Of a stretch of DNA of 64,000 nucleotides, positions 40,128 through 50,647 are shown piece after piece. The stretch is from Polyangiales bacterium (GTDB lineage Bacteria > Myxococcota_A > Polyangia > Polyangiales > Polyangiaceae), in contig JBBRLQ010000020.1 of assembly GCA_038231275.1 (NCBI GenBank), positions 64,001-128,000 on the forward strand, in the 5' to 3' direction. Made by a program: the position numbers and the translations under genes. The notes beneath the pieces were generated by a model that ran no database searches, was not told the DNA's origin, and saw nothing but the letters and a program-made list of their open reading frames with translations. Within the stretch, counting starts at the first letter, position 1; every line of letters starts with the position of its first letter.

Positions 40128-41000
40128 TCACGCGAAGCGGACGACGAGCAGCGCGTGATCGGAGTCGGTGGTCGTGGGTCCGTCGGGATCCAGGGTCGAA
40201 TGATCGCGGAGGCTCGCGTTGAGGAACGCCGCTTCCCTCGCCCGCGCAGCGAGCTCGGCAGACGCGAGGATGTGATCGAGCTGCTGCTTGGCGCCGCGGT
40301 GGAGGATCGAGAAGCGCGCGTCCATCGGCACCGTCGCGTCGCATGCCACCAGACTCCGACCGCACACGATGCGAACCGGGAGCGAGGAGGGTCCGTCGTT
40401 CATATCGCCCACCACCGCCACCTTCGCGGCCGAGTCGCTCGCGAGGAGCCCATCGACGATCCCCCGCACGAACAGGGCCTCGGCCGCGCGCGCCGCCATC
40501 GCTCGGAGCATCCCCTCTGCGTACTCTCGTTCGGTCGCCGGCAGGATCGGAAGCTCGGCGCCATCGAGGAGGGGCACCGGCCGTCCCGACTTGAAGTGCA
40601 CGACGAGGAGATCGACTTCCCCCAACCCCGGCGCCCGCACCTTCGCCTGCACGATCCCGCGGCGCAGCGGGATTCTCGGCCCGAACGGCGTCCGATCGTT
40701 CACGCCGAACCTCGGGAAGGGAAGCTCCGCGGCGGTGTGGATTCGGCTCGTCACGATCGGCAGACGCGAGATCAGCGCGTTGCGGATTCCACGCTTGTCC
40801 GCCGGCCCGACGACCTTCGCCCCGTACCCAAAAGGCCCCACGCGCAAGAGGAGCGCCGAAAGCGCCTCCTCGGACCCCACCTCCTGCAGGCCGACGACAT
40901 CGGCGTTCGCCTCCTCCAGATGCAACGCGAGGTCGTCAATCTTGGCGCGGTCCGCCTCGAAGAAGTCTTTCACGTTGAAGGTCGCGAGGCTGAGCGGCAT
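40128..41000 (-). CDS. endonuclease/exonuclease/phosphatase family protein
   Basis: LATFNV, VGLQEV, VHFKS, VGDMND, LDHIL, SDH. Confidence 0.92.
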   Translation of the reverse strand: MPLSLATFNVKDFFEADRAKIDDLALHLEEANADVVGLQEVGSEEALSALLLRVGPFGYGAKVVGPADKRGIRNALISRLPIVTSRIHTAAELPFPRFGVNDRTPFGPRIPLRRGIVQAKVRAPGLGEVDLLVVHFKSGRPVPLLDGAELPILPATEREYAEGMLRAMAARAAEALFVRGIVDGLLASDSAAKVAVVGDMNDGPSSLPVRIVCGRSLVACDATVPMDARFSILHRGAKQQLDHILASAELAARAREAAFLNASLRDHSTLDPDGPTTTDSDHALLVVRFA

Positions 41001-41040
41001 GAGGTGGCTCCGGGGCCCATTCAGGCTATCCTCTTTCTTC

Positions 41041-41979
41041 ATGGAACCGCTCTCGGAGGACAACCTACGCTGGCTCGTTTCCCGCTTCGCCCACCTGATG
41101 GCGAAGTACGGCGACGTCATCGGCACGCCCGATCTCGTCCTTCCCACGGGAGAGTTCTTCCCCGACGAGTTCACGCTCGATCCCGACGGCGTCCTTCGCG
41201 TCGCCAAGCGCCTCCTCTCGTATGCGCCGGTCGGCGAGGGTCTCCCGTTCGGCGTCGCGTTCCTCGAGGCAGGCGACAAAGCGCCGAGCGGCGGCGGATG
41301 CAGCAGCGGCGCGTGCGGAACCGGCGGCAGCGGCGGCGGCGCAGACACGGCGGGCGGCACGTTGCTCGAGAGCGACGACGGCTACGGCATCACCCTCGCC
41401 GTGGCCGACACCGGCAACCCCACGCTCATGACGACGGCCCTGGCGCGGGGCGTCGGTGCGATCGTGCTCTCGGAGGCCGGAGAAGAGGCCGATCCGGAGC
41501 TGATCGGCGGAATGAGCGAGCTCACGGCGAGCGTGATCGGCTTCGGCGTGCTTCTGACGAGCGGCGCCTACGTCTACGGCAAATCGTGCGGCGGCGTGCG
41601 CATGCGTCAGGCGACGCACCTGACCGTCGACGAGCACGCGCACCTCCTCGCGCTCTTCTGCCGCGTTCACGACAAGAAGCCCGGCGCCGCGCGCGCGCAC
41701 CTCGAGACGACGCAGAAGGAGGCCTTCGAGGGCGCCCTTGCGTGGGTCGACTCGAACCCCGAGATCGTCGCCGCGCTCCAGTCCCATCCCGAGACGCTGA
41801 CCGACGGCCTCTTCTCGATCGCCGCGCCCAAGGGCCTGCTCGGCCGCCTGTTCGGCAAGAAGGCCACGACGCCCGACGCGATCGCGCCGAAGTCGAAGCG
41901 CCCGCCCCGCACCGAGGCCGAAGAACGCCGCCTGGCCGAGGCGCGCGCCCTCGTCGAAGAAGCGCTACGTACACGATAA
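41041..41979 (+). CDS. hypothetical protein with GCSSGAC motif
   Basis: ATG 41041, divergent from the EEP gene; coding-like codon pattern. Confidence 0.75.
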   Translation: MEPLSEDNLRWLVSRFAHLMAKYGDVIGTPDLVLPTGEFFPDEFTLDPDGVLRVAKRLLSYAPVGEGLPFGVAFLEAGDKAPSGGGCSSGACGTGGSGGGADTAGGTLLESDDGYGITLAVADTGNPTLMTTALARGVGAIVLSEAGEEADPELIGGMSELTASVIGFGVLLTSGAYVYGKSCGGVRMRQATHLTVDEHAHLLALFCRVHDKKPGAARAHLETTQKEAFEGALAWVDSNPEIVAALQSHPETLTDGLFSIAAPKGLLGRLFGKKATTPDAIAPKSKRPPRTEAEERRLAEARALVEEALRTR

Positions 41980-42054
41980 GACGGCGCACATCGCGGACCA
42001 GTCCGGCAGCTGCGTGAGCAAGTAAGCCCGACTCGTCGTATTCTCGCGGTCCTC

Positions 42055-43746
42055 ATGGATCGCCTCGCGCCCGTCGCGCCGTCGGACGAAATCGATCTCT
42101 ACGTACGCACCTACACCTCTCTGCTCCGGTCGACGGGCGAGGTGCGGGTGCGCGCATTGGAGGAGGCCCACGCGTACAGCACGTCGGCGCTCCATCCAGG
42201 CGCGCTCGCGCCGGAGCTCGACGCGTCGGCCTTCGCGTACGCCGCCGCGCGTCTCCCGGCGACGATGATCGCCACGCGCCACGTGATCCTCGGCCAGTCG
42301 CACGAGCTCTTCGAGGCAGCCGGCTTCGACGTGCGCACGTGGGCGATGGTGCGGACGCGCGGGCGACGGCGGCCCCTGCGCTACGACGGCAAGAGCACGC
42401 TCGCCGTGTTCATCGCCAGCGTGAGCGACATCGACGATCTGGTGCCCATCGTGACGGCCTACCAGATCGAGTGGAACAAGATGCACGCGCTCCTCCGCGG
42501 CGCGTCGTTCGAGCGCGACGGCGCGGTCGACGCCGGTGTCGTGCGCGCCTCCTTCGGAGTCGACGAGGCGGTGTGGCAGAAGATCGTCGACGCGTTCGGC
42601 AGCGCGCTTGCCGATGGGCTTCGGGCGATCGCCGCCGGACCCTTGGATTTGCGGCTCCGAATGCTCGCGGCGTCGTACTCGCAGTACCAGCGCTCGGCGC
42701 AGAGGTGGTGGAGCGGCGTGGAGCCGACGTACATGCGCGCCGCCGAGCCGCGACGCCCTGCCGTCTACTTCGTGTCGTCGAACACCCACGCGGTGGCGAA
42801 CTTGCTCGGCGGCTACGCGCGCGCCAAGCAGGAGGACATCGCGGCCTACGCGCGCGCGAAGAACCCCGAGGGCCTCGCCGACAAGGTCGATCAGGTGCTG
42901 GCGAGCGAGGACGACGCCGAGCGGTCGAGCCTCCTCTATTACCTCCTGCGCGGGTATATCCACGACGGGCCGACGGCGCGCATGCGCGAGGTCCGCGAGT
43001 TCGAGGCGCGGTGCGGGCTCGTGCACCTGTCGGAGCCGGGCCACATCGACGTCGACGCGCAGCTGCTCGATCTGTCGAAGGTGCGCGCCGAACAGCTCGA
43101 TCCGCGCCTGCGCGTGCCCGGGCTGGAGCGCCTCGCCAAGAGCGACGCAGTGATTCTGAACATCGACTACCCGCTGGGCATGGCGGCGTACCACCTGCTC
43201 TCGCGCATCGGGCAAGGCGTCGGTGAAGTACGCGGCGTCTACGTGATGGGCAAGGCGGCGACCTTGAACGGCCGCGTCGGCGACGTGTCGGTGAGCGGCG
43301 CGGTCTACGACGAGCACTCGCGCAACACGTTCATGTTCAAGAACGCGTTCCACGCCGATCACGTCCGCCCCTACCTGCGCTTCGGCTCGGTCTTCGACAA
43401 CCAGTCGGCGCTGACGGTGCGGAGCGCGTTCCTCCAGAACAAACCGTACATGGGCACGTTCTACCGCGACGGGTACACCGTGCTCGAGATGGAGGCCGGA
43501 CCGTTTTTGAGCGCGATCTACGAGCTGGTGTATCCCTCGCGCGTTCCCACCAACGAGATCGTTCAGCTCGCCGACAAGACGCCGTTCGATCTCGGCATCC
43601 TGCACTACGCGAGCGACACGCCGTACTCACGCCGGCAGTCGCTGCTCTCCAAGAGCCTCTCGTACTTCGGCGTCGACGCGACCTACGCGTGCGCGATCGC
43701 GATCGTGCGGAGGATCTTGCAGCGCGAGGTCGAGCGCGCCGGCTGA
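42055..43746 (+). CDS. conserved hypothetical protein (DUF6909-like; C-terminus resembles nucleoside phosphorylase fold)
   Basis: IDLYVRTYTSLLRS, NIDYPLG, MGKAATLNG, LEMEAGP, YASDTP. Confidence 0.7.
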   Translation: MDRLAPVAPSDEIDLYVRTYTSLLRSTGEVRVRALEEAHAYSTSALHPGALAPELDASAFAYAAARLPATMIATRHVILGQSHELFEAAGFDVRTWAMVRTRGRRRPLRYDGKSTLAVFIASVSDIDDLVPIVTAYQIEWNKMHALLRGASFERDGAVDAGVVRASFGVDEAVWQKIVDAFGSALADGLRAIAAGPLDLRLRMLAASYSQYQRSAQRWWSGVEPTYMRAAEPRRPAVYFVSSNTHAVANLLGGYARAKQEDIAAYARAKNPEGLADKVDQVLASEDDAERSSLLYYLLRGYIHDGPTARMREVREFEARCGLVHLSEPGHIDVDAQLLDLSKVRAEQLDPRLRVPGLERLAKSDAVILNIDYPLGMAAYHLLSRIGQGVGEVRGVYVMGKAATLNGRVGDVSVSGAVYDEHSRNTFMFKNAFHADHVRPYLRFGSVFDNQSALTVRSAFLQNKPYMGTFYRDGYTVLEMEAGPFLSAIYELVYPSRVPTNEIVQLADKTPFDLGILHYASDTPYSRRQSLLSKSLSYFGVDATYACAIAIVRRILQREVERAG

Positions 43747-43774
43747 AGCACGCCCGACACCACCAACCACCGGC

Positions 43775-45490
43775 CTACATCTTCGCGCGACGACGGAGCG
43801 CGACGAGCGCGAGGCCAACGAGCGCGAGCCCGCCGAAATCGCCGGGCGCCCGAGCGGGCGAGGTCGAGCAGCCGCTGCTGCTGGAGCCGCCCCCGTTGTC
43901 AGGCGTGGCGCCGTTGCCCGCGTCGGTCGCGACGACCGGCGGCGCATGACCGGCGTCCGGGACCGGCGTAGTAGAGACGCCCGAGTCGTCGCTGGGGCTG
44001 CCCGCGTCGTCGCCCGGCGTCACGCCAGAATCGGCCTCCGGCGGCGGCGCGACGCAGAGGTTGGTCGTCGTATCGCACCGCTTGGGCGGCGCGCAGTCGG
44101 CGTTCTTCGTGCACTCTACGCACGTGCCCTTCTTGGGTCCCGCGGCCGTGAAGCACGCGCCGGGCGTGCAGTCGGTGTCGTCGGAACAAGCGCGGCATAC
44201 GTGGGTGCCCGTGTCGCAGATCGGCGTGCCGCCCGAGCACTGCGCGTTGCCGGTGCACGCGTTGCTGGCGCACGAGTCGTCGGTGTCGTCGTTCGACTTG
44301 ATGCACGTCGCCCCGGCCGCGCACGGCGCGGTCGCGGTGCACGCGACGCACTGGCCGAATTTGTGGTTCGTCGAGTCCGTCTCGCAGACCGGTCGCGCGC
44401 CGTTGCACGCGACCACGTTGTCGGCTGCCGTGCATGCGCGGCAACCGGCGATCGCGGGTGAGCTCCCGTCGCAGATGATCGTCGGCGACGTGCCGATGCA
44501 CGCGCCGCGCGAGTTCGACCATTGCTTTTGCACGGTGTAGCCGGCGACGACGGTGTCGGAGCTGGAGCCGCTCTCGCAGATGTCGCCGATCTCGCCCTGG
44601 TTCTTGTCCGTCGAGTACCAGTACCAGGCGGACGGTCGAGCGATGGTTGCGACGCTCGACGGTACGAGGCCGACCTCGGTGTCCGTGATCGCCTCGACGA
44701 GCTCGTGTGAGTGGATGCTGGTGGAGGTGTTGAAGCCGAAGCCGCAGTCGGGGTGGACACCGTAGGGGACGCTGAGTCCCTTGTAGACGATGGTCGAGTG
44801 GTACGCGCCGAACTTGACGCAGGACTGATCGCTGCCGAGCGAGATCGTGACGCCGGGCGGGAAGTCGAACATGTAGATCGAGTTCACGTTGCCCGCGGCG
44901 TCGGTGACGGGCGCGGGCAATTTCCCGGCGTTGAGCTGCGCGGCGAGCTCGACGCCGATCTGATCGTCGATGATGGATGTCGGCGTGAGGCTCGGCGTGA
45001 TCGTCACGCTGCCGCCGAACGTGCCGCGGCCGATGCGCTGCCCGGAGCCCTTCGCGCCGTCCTGCCCGTTCAGGCCGAACGTGTCGTACTCGGCGAGCCA
45101 GTCCATGTACACGCTGTTGGTGATCGCCGTGTAAAAGCCGCCGATGCCGTTCTTGAGCGTCGTGTTGACGCTCGGTCCCCAGTTGACGGCGATGACGTGG
45201 ACATTGCTGATCACGCGCCCACCCCAGTACGTGAGGAGCTGATTGGGGGCGCTGACGATCGGCGCTGACGTACCGGGCGTGACCGAGGCGCGCCCGCGAC
45301 GCGGCGCCACCGTGCCGTCCGGCAAGCGCGCAGGTTGCGCTTAGCGCGGGAGCGGGCGTTCGGTCTCGAGCGGCGTGGCCGTCGTGCCGATCGCCTCCGT
45401 CGACGTCTGCGGGCGCGCCGCCTCGCTGGAGCAAGCCGCGGCGAGCAACACCGCAGCGGGGGCGGCGACGAACGAGCTCCTCGAGATCAT
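43775..45490 (-). pseudogene. MYXO-CTERM surface protein (Exordium/Phi-1-like domain plus Cys-rich repeats) interrupted by in-frame TAA at 45341-45343
   Basis: signal/lipobox ORF 45490-45341 is in frame with 45340-43775; GCS...hydrophobic-RRR C-terminus. Confidence 0.75.
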
Positions 45491-45703
45491 GCGAATCCTC
45501 CAAAGGCGCGACGACATGGGGGTCCCGACGCGCGCGCGCGCAGTCTGGCCGTGGCCGCGCCGCTGTCCAGGAAGAACGCGCCGGCGGAGGTACAAAGCGC
45601 CCCGACCTTGCGCCGCCGCTCACGCAGATTCCGTGTTGCGTGAATCTTTCTCGTGCAGCTACAGGACGCCTCTCCCGTGCCGTTCTCGGGACCGAGGTCT
45701 CCG

Positions 45704-46555
45704 ATGAAGACGATCGCGTGCGCGCTGCTCCTAGGCCTTGCGAGCTGCGCCGGCACGCCGCGCGCGAGGCCTGTCCCTGCGCCGTCCCATGATCTGATGA
45801 CGCAACCGCGCGACGAGGCGATCTCGCCGACGACGCCGACGCGGGGCGCTTGCACGGACCACACGACCGCGGAGTGCATCGCGATGGCGCACGATGGCGA
45901 GCAGCACACCGAGCTCGGAATGCAGGGCGCGTTCCCCGCGGCCGTGTACGCGCACGTCTCGTCGCGCCTCGACGTCGCGTGCGAGGGTGGCGATCTCCTC
46001 GCCTGCGCCGAGCTCGGCCACATGTACGCGTCGGGGATCGGCGTCGCGGTCGACAAGGGCCGCGCCAACGACCTCTACCAGCGCGCCTGCGACGGCGGTG
46101 AGCCCGAGGGCTGCGCGCAGCTCGGCCGCGCCTACCTCGAAGGCTCCGGCGTCGCCGCGAACCCCGCCCATGGGATCATGCTCCTCGAAGGCGCGTGCAC
46201 GCACGTCAATGGCGAGGCCTGCTTCCGGCTCGGCGAGCAGTTCGCCAGCGGCACGCTCGTCCCGAAGTCGCCCTCGCGCTCCGCCGAGCTCTTCGGCGCC
46301 GCGTGCGAGCACGGCACAGCCATCGCGTGTGTGCGGCTCGCCGAACAGGTCGCGCGCGGCGACGGCGTCGCGAAGAGCCCCACGCGCGCCGCAAAGCTCT
46401 ACGATCGCGCGTGCGTCGCGGGGAAGGCCTACGCGTGCGGCGAGCTCGCCGAGCTCTACGCGCGCGGAGACGGCGTCCCCCGCGATCCCGCGCGCGCGCG
46501 CGAGCTCTCGACGCAAGCCTGCAGGGCCGGCTACGTCATGGCGTGCGCGAAGTAA
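45704..46555 (+). CDS. Sel1-like repeat lipoprotein (HcpA-like Cys repeats)
   Basis: LASC lipobox; repeated ACxxGxxxACxxLGxxYxxGxGV. Confidence 0.9.
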   Translation: MKTIACALLLGLASCAGTPRARPVPAPSHDLMTQPRDEAISPTTPTRGACTDHTTAECIAMAHDGEQHTELGMQGAFPAAVYAHVSSRLDVACEGGDLLACAELGHMYASGIGVAVDKGRANDLYQRACDGGEPEGCAQLGRAYLEGSGVAANPAHGIMLLEGACTHVNGEACFRLGEQFASGTLVPKSPSRSAELFGAACEHGTAIACVRLAEQVARGDGVAKSPTRAAKLYDRACVAGKAYACGELAELYARGDGVPRDPARARELSTQACRAGYVMACAK

Positions 46556-46639
46556 CCTCTCGCACATCGCGAGGCGCCGAGAGGCGAGTGGGGGAGGCTC
46601 GTCGCGACGGCGACGAGGGGCGAAGCCCCGCTAGGCGGC

Positions 46640-48067
46640 TTAGATGTGGCGAACGTACTCGAAGTCGACGGGGCGCCCCTTGATGCCTTGCTTGGGCGCG
46701 CCGATCCAGTTGGCCATCTGCGTGTGGTCCGACACCGGCTTCTGCATCAGGCTCTTCACGTACGCCTTGTCCGCATCGCTCGGCAGCCACGCGTCCTTCT
46801 GCGCGTCCCACTCCTCTTTCGTGAGCAGCTTGCCGTTCGGATCGGCGCTCACCCCCGAGTAGATGCCGATGTGCCGGTGGAAGCGCCGGTGCGGGAGGGT
46901 CAGCTTGAAGCCGATGCCATGCGCCTCGATCGTCCGGTTCCATTTGTCGACGCCGCGCTGGCAGTCCTCGACGTACGCGTCGCGGAGCACTTCGTTCATG
47001 GCGTTGCGGAGCGGCACGTCCTCGCGCACGAGCTTGCCGTCCTTCACGACGTCGACGCCGTACGTCCCCTCGAGCGCGCGATGATCCTCGTGCTGCTCCT
47101 CCTTCGCGCGCCCCTTGATGCCCGTCGCGAACGACGCCGCGGCATTCGACGAGATCTCGCCGCCGAACAAGTCGAGGCTGAGCGAGTACCAGAGGTTCAA
47201 GTACTTCTGCATCGTCGGCAGATCGATGAGGCCGAGCTTGCGCACGTCGTCGGGGTGATCTTTCTTGTGCTCCTTCATCTGCCCCGCCGTGCGATCGACG
47301 ACGCGCAGGATGCCCGTCTCGCCGACGAACATATGGTGCGCCTCCTCGGTCAGCATGAACCGCGTCGTGCGCGAGAGCGGATCGAACGAGCTCTCCGCGA
47401 GCGCGAGGAGCTGGAATTTGCCGTCGCGATCGGTGAAGAACGTGAACATGAAGAACGAGAGCCAGTCGGTGCACGGCTCGTTGAAGGCGCCGAGGATGCG
47501 CGGCTTGTTCGGATCGCCGCTGCGGCGCTTCAGGAGCTCATCGGCCTCCTCGCGGCCGTCGCGTCCGAAGTACGTTTGGAGCAAATAGACCATCGCCCAA
47601 AGGTGACGGCCCTCTTCGACGTTCACCTGGAAGAGGTTGCGCAGATCGTAGACGCTGGGGCACGAGTGGCCGAGGAGGCGCTGCTGCTCGACGCTGGCCG
47701 GCTCGGTGTCACCTTGCGTGACGATGAGACGGCGAAGCGCGTTGCGGTGCTCGCCGGGGACCTGCTGCCAGACCGGCTCGCCGAAGTGATCGCCGAAGCC
47801 GATCGTGCGATCCTTCACCGGATCCGCGAGAAAAATGCCCCAACGGTAGTCGGGCATCTTCACGTAATCGAAGTGCGCCCACCCGTCCGACGCGACGCTG
47901 ATCGCGGTGCGCAGGTAGACGTCGTCCATGTTGAAGTCGCTCGGGCCCATTTCCTTCCACCAGGAGATGAACTCGGGCTGCCACGCCTCGAGGGCGCGCT
48001 GGAGCTTCTTGTCGCCCGACAGGTTGACGTTGTTCGGGATCTTCTCGTCGTTCATCACGCTGCTCAT
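46640..48067 (-). CDS. boxB: benzoyl-CoA 2,3-epoxidase subunit B
   Basis: IPNNVNL, YLRTAISV, QGDTEPASVEQQ, di-iron EEGRH and EEAHH. Confidence 0.97.
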   Translation of the reverse strand: MSSVMNDEKIPNNVNLSGDKKLQRALEAWQPEFISWWKEMGPSDFNMDDVYLRTAISVASDGWAHFDYVKMPDYRWGIFLADPVKDRTIGFGDHFGEPVWQQVPGEHRNALRRLIVTQGDTEPASVEQQRLLGHSCPSVYDLRNLFQVNVEEGRHLWAMVYLLQTYFGRDGREEADELLKRRSGDPNKPRILGAFNEPCTDWLSFFMFTFFTDRDGKFQLLALAESSFDPLSRTTRFMLTEEAHHMFVGETGILRVVDRTAGQMKEHKKDHPDDVRKLGLIDLPTMQKYLNLWYSLSLDLFGGEISSNAAASFATGIKGRAKEEQHEDHRALEGTYGVDVVKDGKLVREDVPLRNAMNEVLRDAYVEDCQRGVDKWNRTIEAHGIGFKLTLPHRRFHRHIGIYSGVSADPNGKLLTKEEWDAQKDAWLPSDADKAYVKSLMQKPVSDHTQMANWIGAPKQGIKGRPVDFEYVRHI

Positions 48068-48068
48068 C

Positions 48069-49763
48069 TCAGCACCGCCTCCAGTCGAACTCGGGTCGCT
48101 CGGGCCTTCCGTAGAGCGTCAACGCGCCGCGCTCGCCGACCGCGTTGGGGCGCTGGAAGATCCAGTTTTGCCAGGCCGACAGGCGGCCGAAGATCTTCGT
48201 CTCCATCGTCTCCGGTCCGCCGAAGCGGAGCGAGGCTTCCATGCCGGTCATCGCGTCGGGTGACATGCTGGCGCGCTCCTCGAAGGCGATGCGCACCTCG
48301 TCGTCCCAGTCGATGTCGTCGGGCGCGAAGGTGACGAGGCCCGCCTTCATCGCGGCCGTCGTGTCGATCTCGCCGGCGGTCTCCAGCACGCGGGTCACCC
48401 GCTCCGGCTCGCGGAGGAAGCGCGACTGGAGGCGCGTGAGGCCGTTGGGCATCGGGAGCGGCCCGGCGTTCATCGGGGAGACCGCCATCGTCACGCCCTC
48501 CTCGTCCTTCATGTAGACGCGGTCGCTGGCGAGGGCGAGCTCGAGGAGCGAGCCCACGAAGCACGATCCCGGCTCGGCCAGCGCGAAGAAGCTCTTCGAC
48601 GTGATGTCCATGCGCTTGAGGACGCGCTTCATGTGGAGCGTCACCTCGCGCACGAGGCCGTCGTCTTTGTTCTTCGCGAGGAACGCATCGGCGGCGAGCA
48701 CCGCGGCGTGGTCGCCGGTCGTCTTCACCGCGACGACCGCGATCGTCGGCCGGTTGAAGCGCAGCTCGAGGAGCGCGTCGTCGAGCTCCCGGAACGCGCG
48801 GAGGACCCACGCGCCGCTGCCCGCCTTCGCGAGCTCGTCGACCGACTGCGGCTCTTTGCCGTCGGGCGCGCGAACGGTGAGGGTCGCCTTGCGCGCCTGC
48901 GGATCCAGCGCCAAGGACACATATTTGTATTCTACACTGTTCTCGCCTCGCTTCGCTTCGAGCGGCGCGAGAGCGATCGGCGTGAACGACTTGCGCTTGC
49001 TCCGCGCGACCATCGCGGCCGCGCGGCGCGCGATCGCCTCGTCGAACTTCGCCTTCGCGGGCGCCTCGTCGATGAGACCCCACTCGACGGCGCGCTTTCC
49101 GCGCACCCCCTCGGCGACCGTGGAGAAGACGTCGGCGAGATCGCGGCGGACCTTTCGCTTGTCGACCAGGCGCGTGAGGCCGCCGGTGCCGGGGAGGACG
49201 GCGAGGAGCGGCGCCTCGGGGAGGCTGACCGCGCTCGATCCGTCCTCGGCGAGCACGATCTCGTCGCACGAGATGGCAAGCTCGTAGCCGCCGCCGCTCG
49301 CGGTGCCGTTTAGCGCCGCGAGGGTGGGGACGCCGCTCTCGGCCGCCATCTCCTCGAGATAGAGGCGCGTCTCGTTGGTGAACTTGCAGAAGTTGACCTT
49401 GAAGCCGTGCGTCGAGCTGCCCAGCATGTAGATGTTGGCGCCCGAGCAGAAGATGCGGTCCTTGCCGCTGGTGATGACGAGCGCCTTCACGTCCGGGTGC
49501 TCGAAGCGAACACGCTGAATCGCGTCCGCGAGCTCGACGTCGACGCCGAGATCGTACGAGTTGAGCTTGAGCGGGTAGCCGTTGGGAGACGACGTCGGTC
49601 GCAGGCCCTGGTCCTCCTTGATGTCCATGACGAGGCGCGCCACGCCGCCGCCGTCGCCGGCGCCGTTCTTGGCGGGCGGCAGCTCGAGGCGCCAGTGCAC
49701 GTAGCGGTCGGGGTGGGTCTCGAAGCGGACCGGCTCTTGCGAAGGATTTTCGTGGGCGCCCAT
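48069..49763 (-). CDS. boxC: 2,3-epoxybenzoyl-CoA dihydrolase
   Basis: LKLNSYDLGVD, FCSGANIYML, KVNFCKFTNETR, LSAWQNWIFQRPNA. Confidence 0.97.
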   Translation of the reverse strand: MGAHENPSQEPVRFETHPDRYVHWRLELPPAKNGAGDGGGVARLVMDIKEDQGLRPTSSPNGYPLKLNSYDLGVDVELADAIQRVRFEHPDVKALVITSGKDRIFCSGANIYMLGSSTHGFKVNFCKFTNETRLYLEEMAAESGVPTLAALNGTASGGGYELAISCDEIVLAEDGSSAVSLPEAPLLAVLPGTGGLTRLVDKRKVRRDLADVFSTVAEGVRGKRAVEWGLIDEAPAKAKFDEAIARRAAAMVARSKRKSFTPIALAPLEAKRGENSVEYKYVSLALDPQARKATLTVRAPDGKEPQSVDELAKAGSGAWVLRAFRELDDALLELRFNRPTIAVVAVKTTGDHAAVLAADAFLAKNKDDGLVREVTLHMKRVLKRMDITSKSFFALAEPGSCFVGSLLELALASDRVYMKDEEGVTMAVSPMNAGPLPMPNGLTRLQSRFLREPERVTRVLETAGEIDTTAAMKAGLVTFAPDDIDWDDEVRIAFEERASMSPDAMTGMEASLRFGGPETMETKIFGRLSAWQNWIFQRPNAVGERGALTLYGRPERPEFDWRRC

Positions 49764-49796
49764 GAGTGAGGGGATCCTAGCCCGCAGGAGGCTCGT

Positions 49797-49847
49797 TGCA
49801 AGTAGTATAATGCACTTGTTGTGTATCTATCGTGCACTATAATGCAC
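49797..49847. promoter_or_regulatory. BoxR/BzdR-type TGCA operator boxes overlapping -10 elements
   Basis: GTGCACTATAATGCAC (49832-49847) and AGTAGTATAATGCAC (49801-49815). Confidence 0.7.
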
Positions 49848-49849
49848 AC

Positions 49850-50647
49850 ATGAAGTCTGCCGCGCGGAGGGCCCCCCTCCTGACCGACTTGGGATGGGCC
49901 ATTCGCGCCGCCCGGTCCGCCCAACAGATCTCGAGCCGCGAGCTCGCCGAGCGCGCCGGCGTGAGCGCGCGCTTCCTCGTGCAGCTCGAGGGTGGCAGCG
50001 GCAACATCTCAGTCGCCCGCCTGAACGACGTCGCGCATGCCCTCGGCAAGACCCTCAGCCAGCTCTTCAGGGAGGTCGAGCTCCACGGGAATCCCTCGAT
50101 CACCGGGACTGGCAAGGGGCGGAGGGTCATCGCTCTCCTCGGCCTTCGCGGTGCCGGAAAATCCGCGGTCGGCGCCCAGCTCGCGAGGCAGATGAAGGTT
50201 CCCTTGGTCGAGCTCGACCAGCTCATCGCCAAAGAGGCGGGGATGGATCTGACCACGATCTTCGAGATGCACGGAGAAGAGTACTTCCGGCGCCTCGAGG
50301 CGATGACGCTCCGACGCTTCCTCGAGGCCGAACCCGCGGCGGTGCTCGCGACCGGCGGCTCGATCGTGATGCACCCCGAATCCTACGTCCTCCTCCGCGA
50401 ACGGACGATCACCGTCTGGCTCAAGGCTCGGCCGCAGGAGCACTGGGATCGCGTCGTCGCGCAGGGCGACGGGCGTCCCATGAGCGGCCGCCCCGCCGCG
50501 ATGAACGAGCTTCGGCGCTTGCTAAAGGAGCGGACTCCGCTCTATGCCCAGGCGGCGATCGTCGTCCCCACGTCTAAGGTCACCGCCTCCGCCGCCGCGG
50601 ACCTCATCGTCCGGCACTCGCGGCCTTTCATGGAGAAGGAATCATGA
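49850..50647 (+). CDS. boxR: XRE-HTH/shikimate-kinase fusion regulator (BoxR/BzdR family)
   Basis: [37 protein letters not shown]; adjacent to box genes. Confidence 0.93.
   Translation: MKSAARRAPLLTDLGWAIRAARSAQQISSRELAERAGVSARFLVQLEGGSGNISVARLNDVAHALGKTLSQLFREVELHGNPSITGTGKGRRVIALLGLRGAGKSAVGAQLARQMKVPLVELDQLIAKEAGMDLTTIFEMHGEEYFRRLEAMTLRRFLEAEPAAVLATGGSIVMHPESYVLLRERTITVWLKARPQEHWDRVVAQGDGRPMSGRPAAMNELRRLLKERTPLYAQAAIVVPTSKVTASAAADLIVRHSRPFMEKES

Noticed and set aside
46556..46639. GGGGCGAAGCCCC hairpin as an ncRNA
   Set aside because: Common GNRA-loop hairpin between convergent genes; single copy in this window
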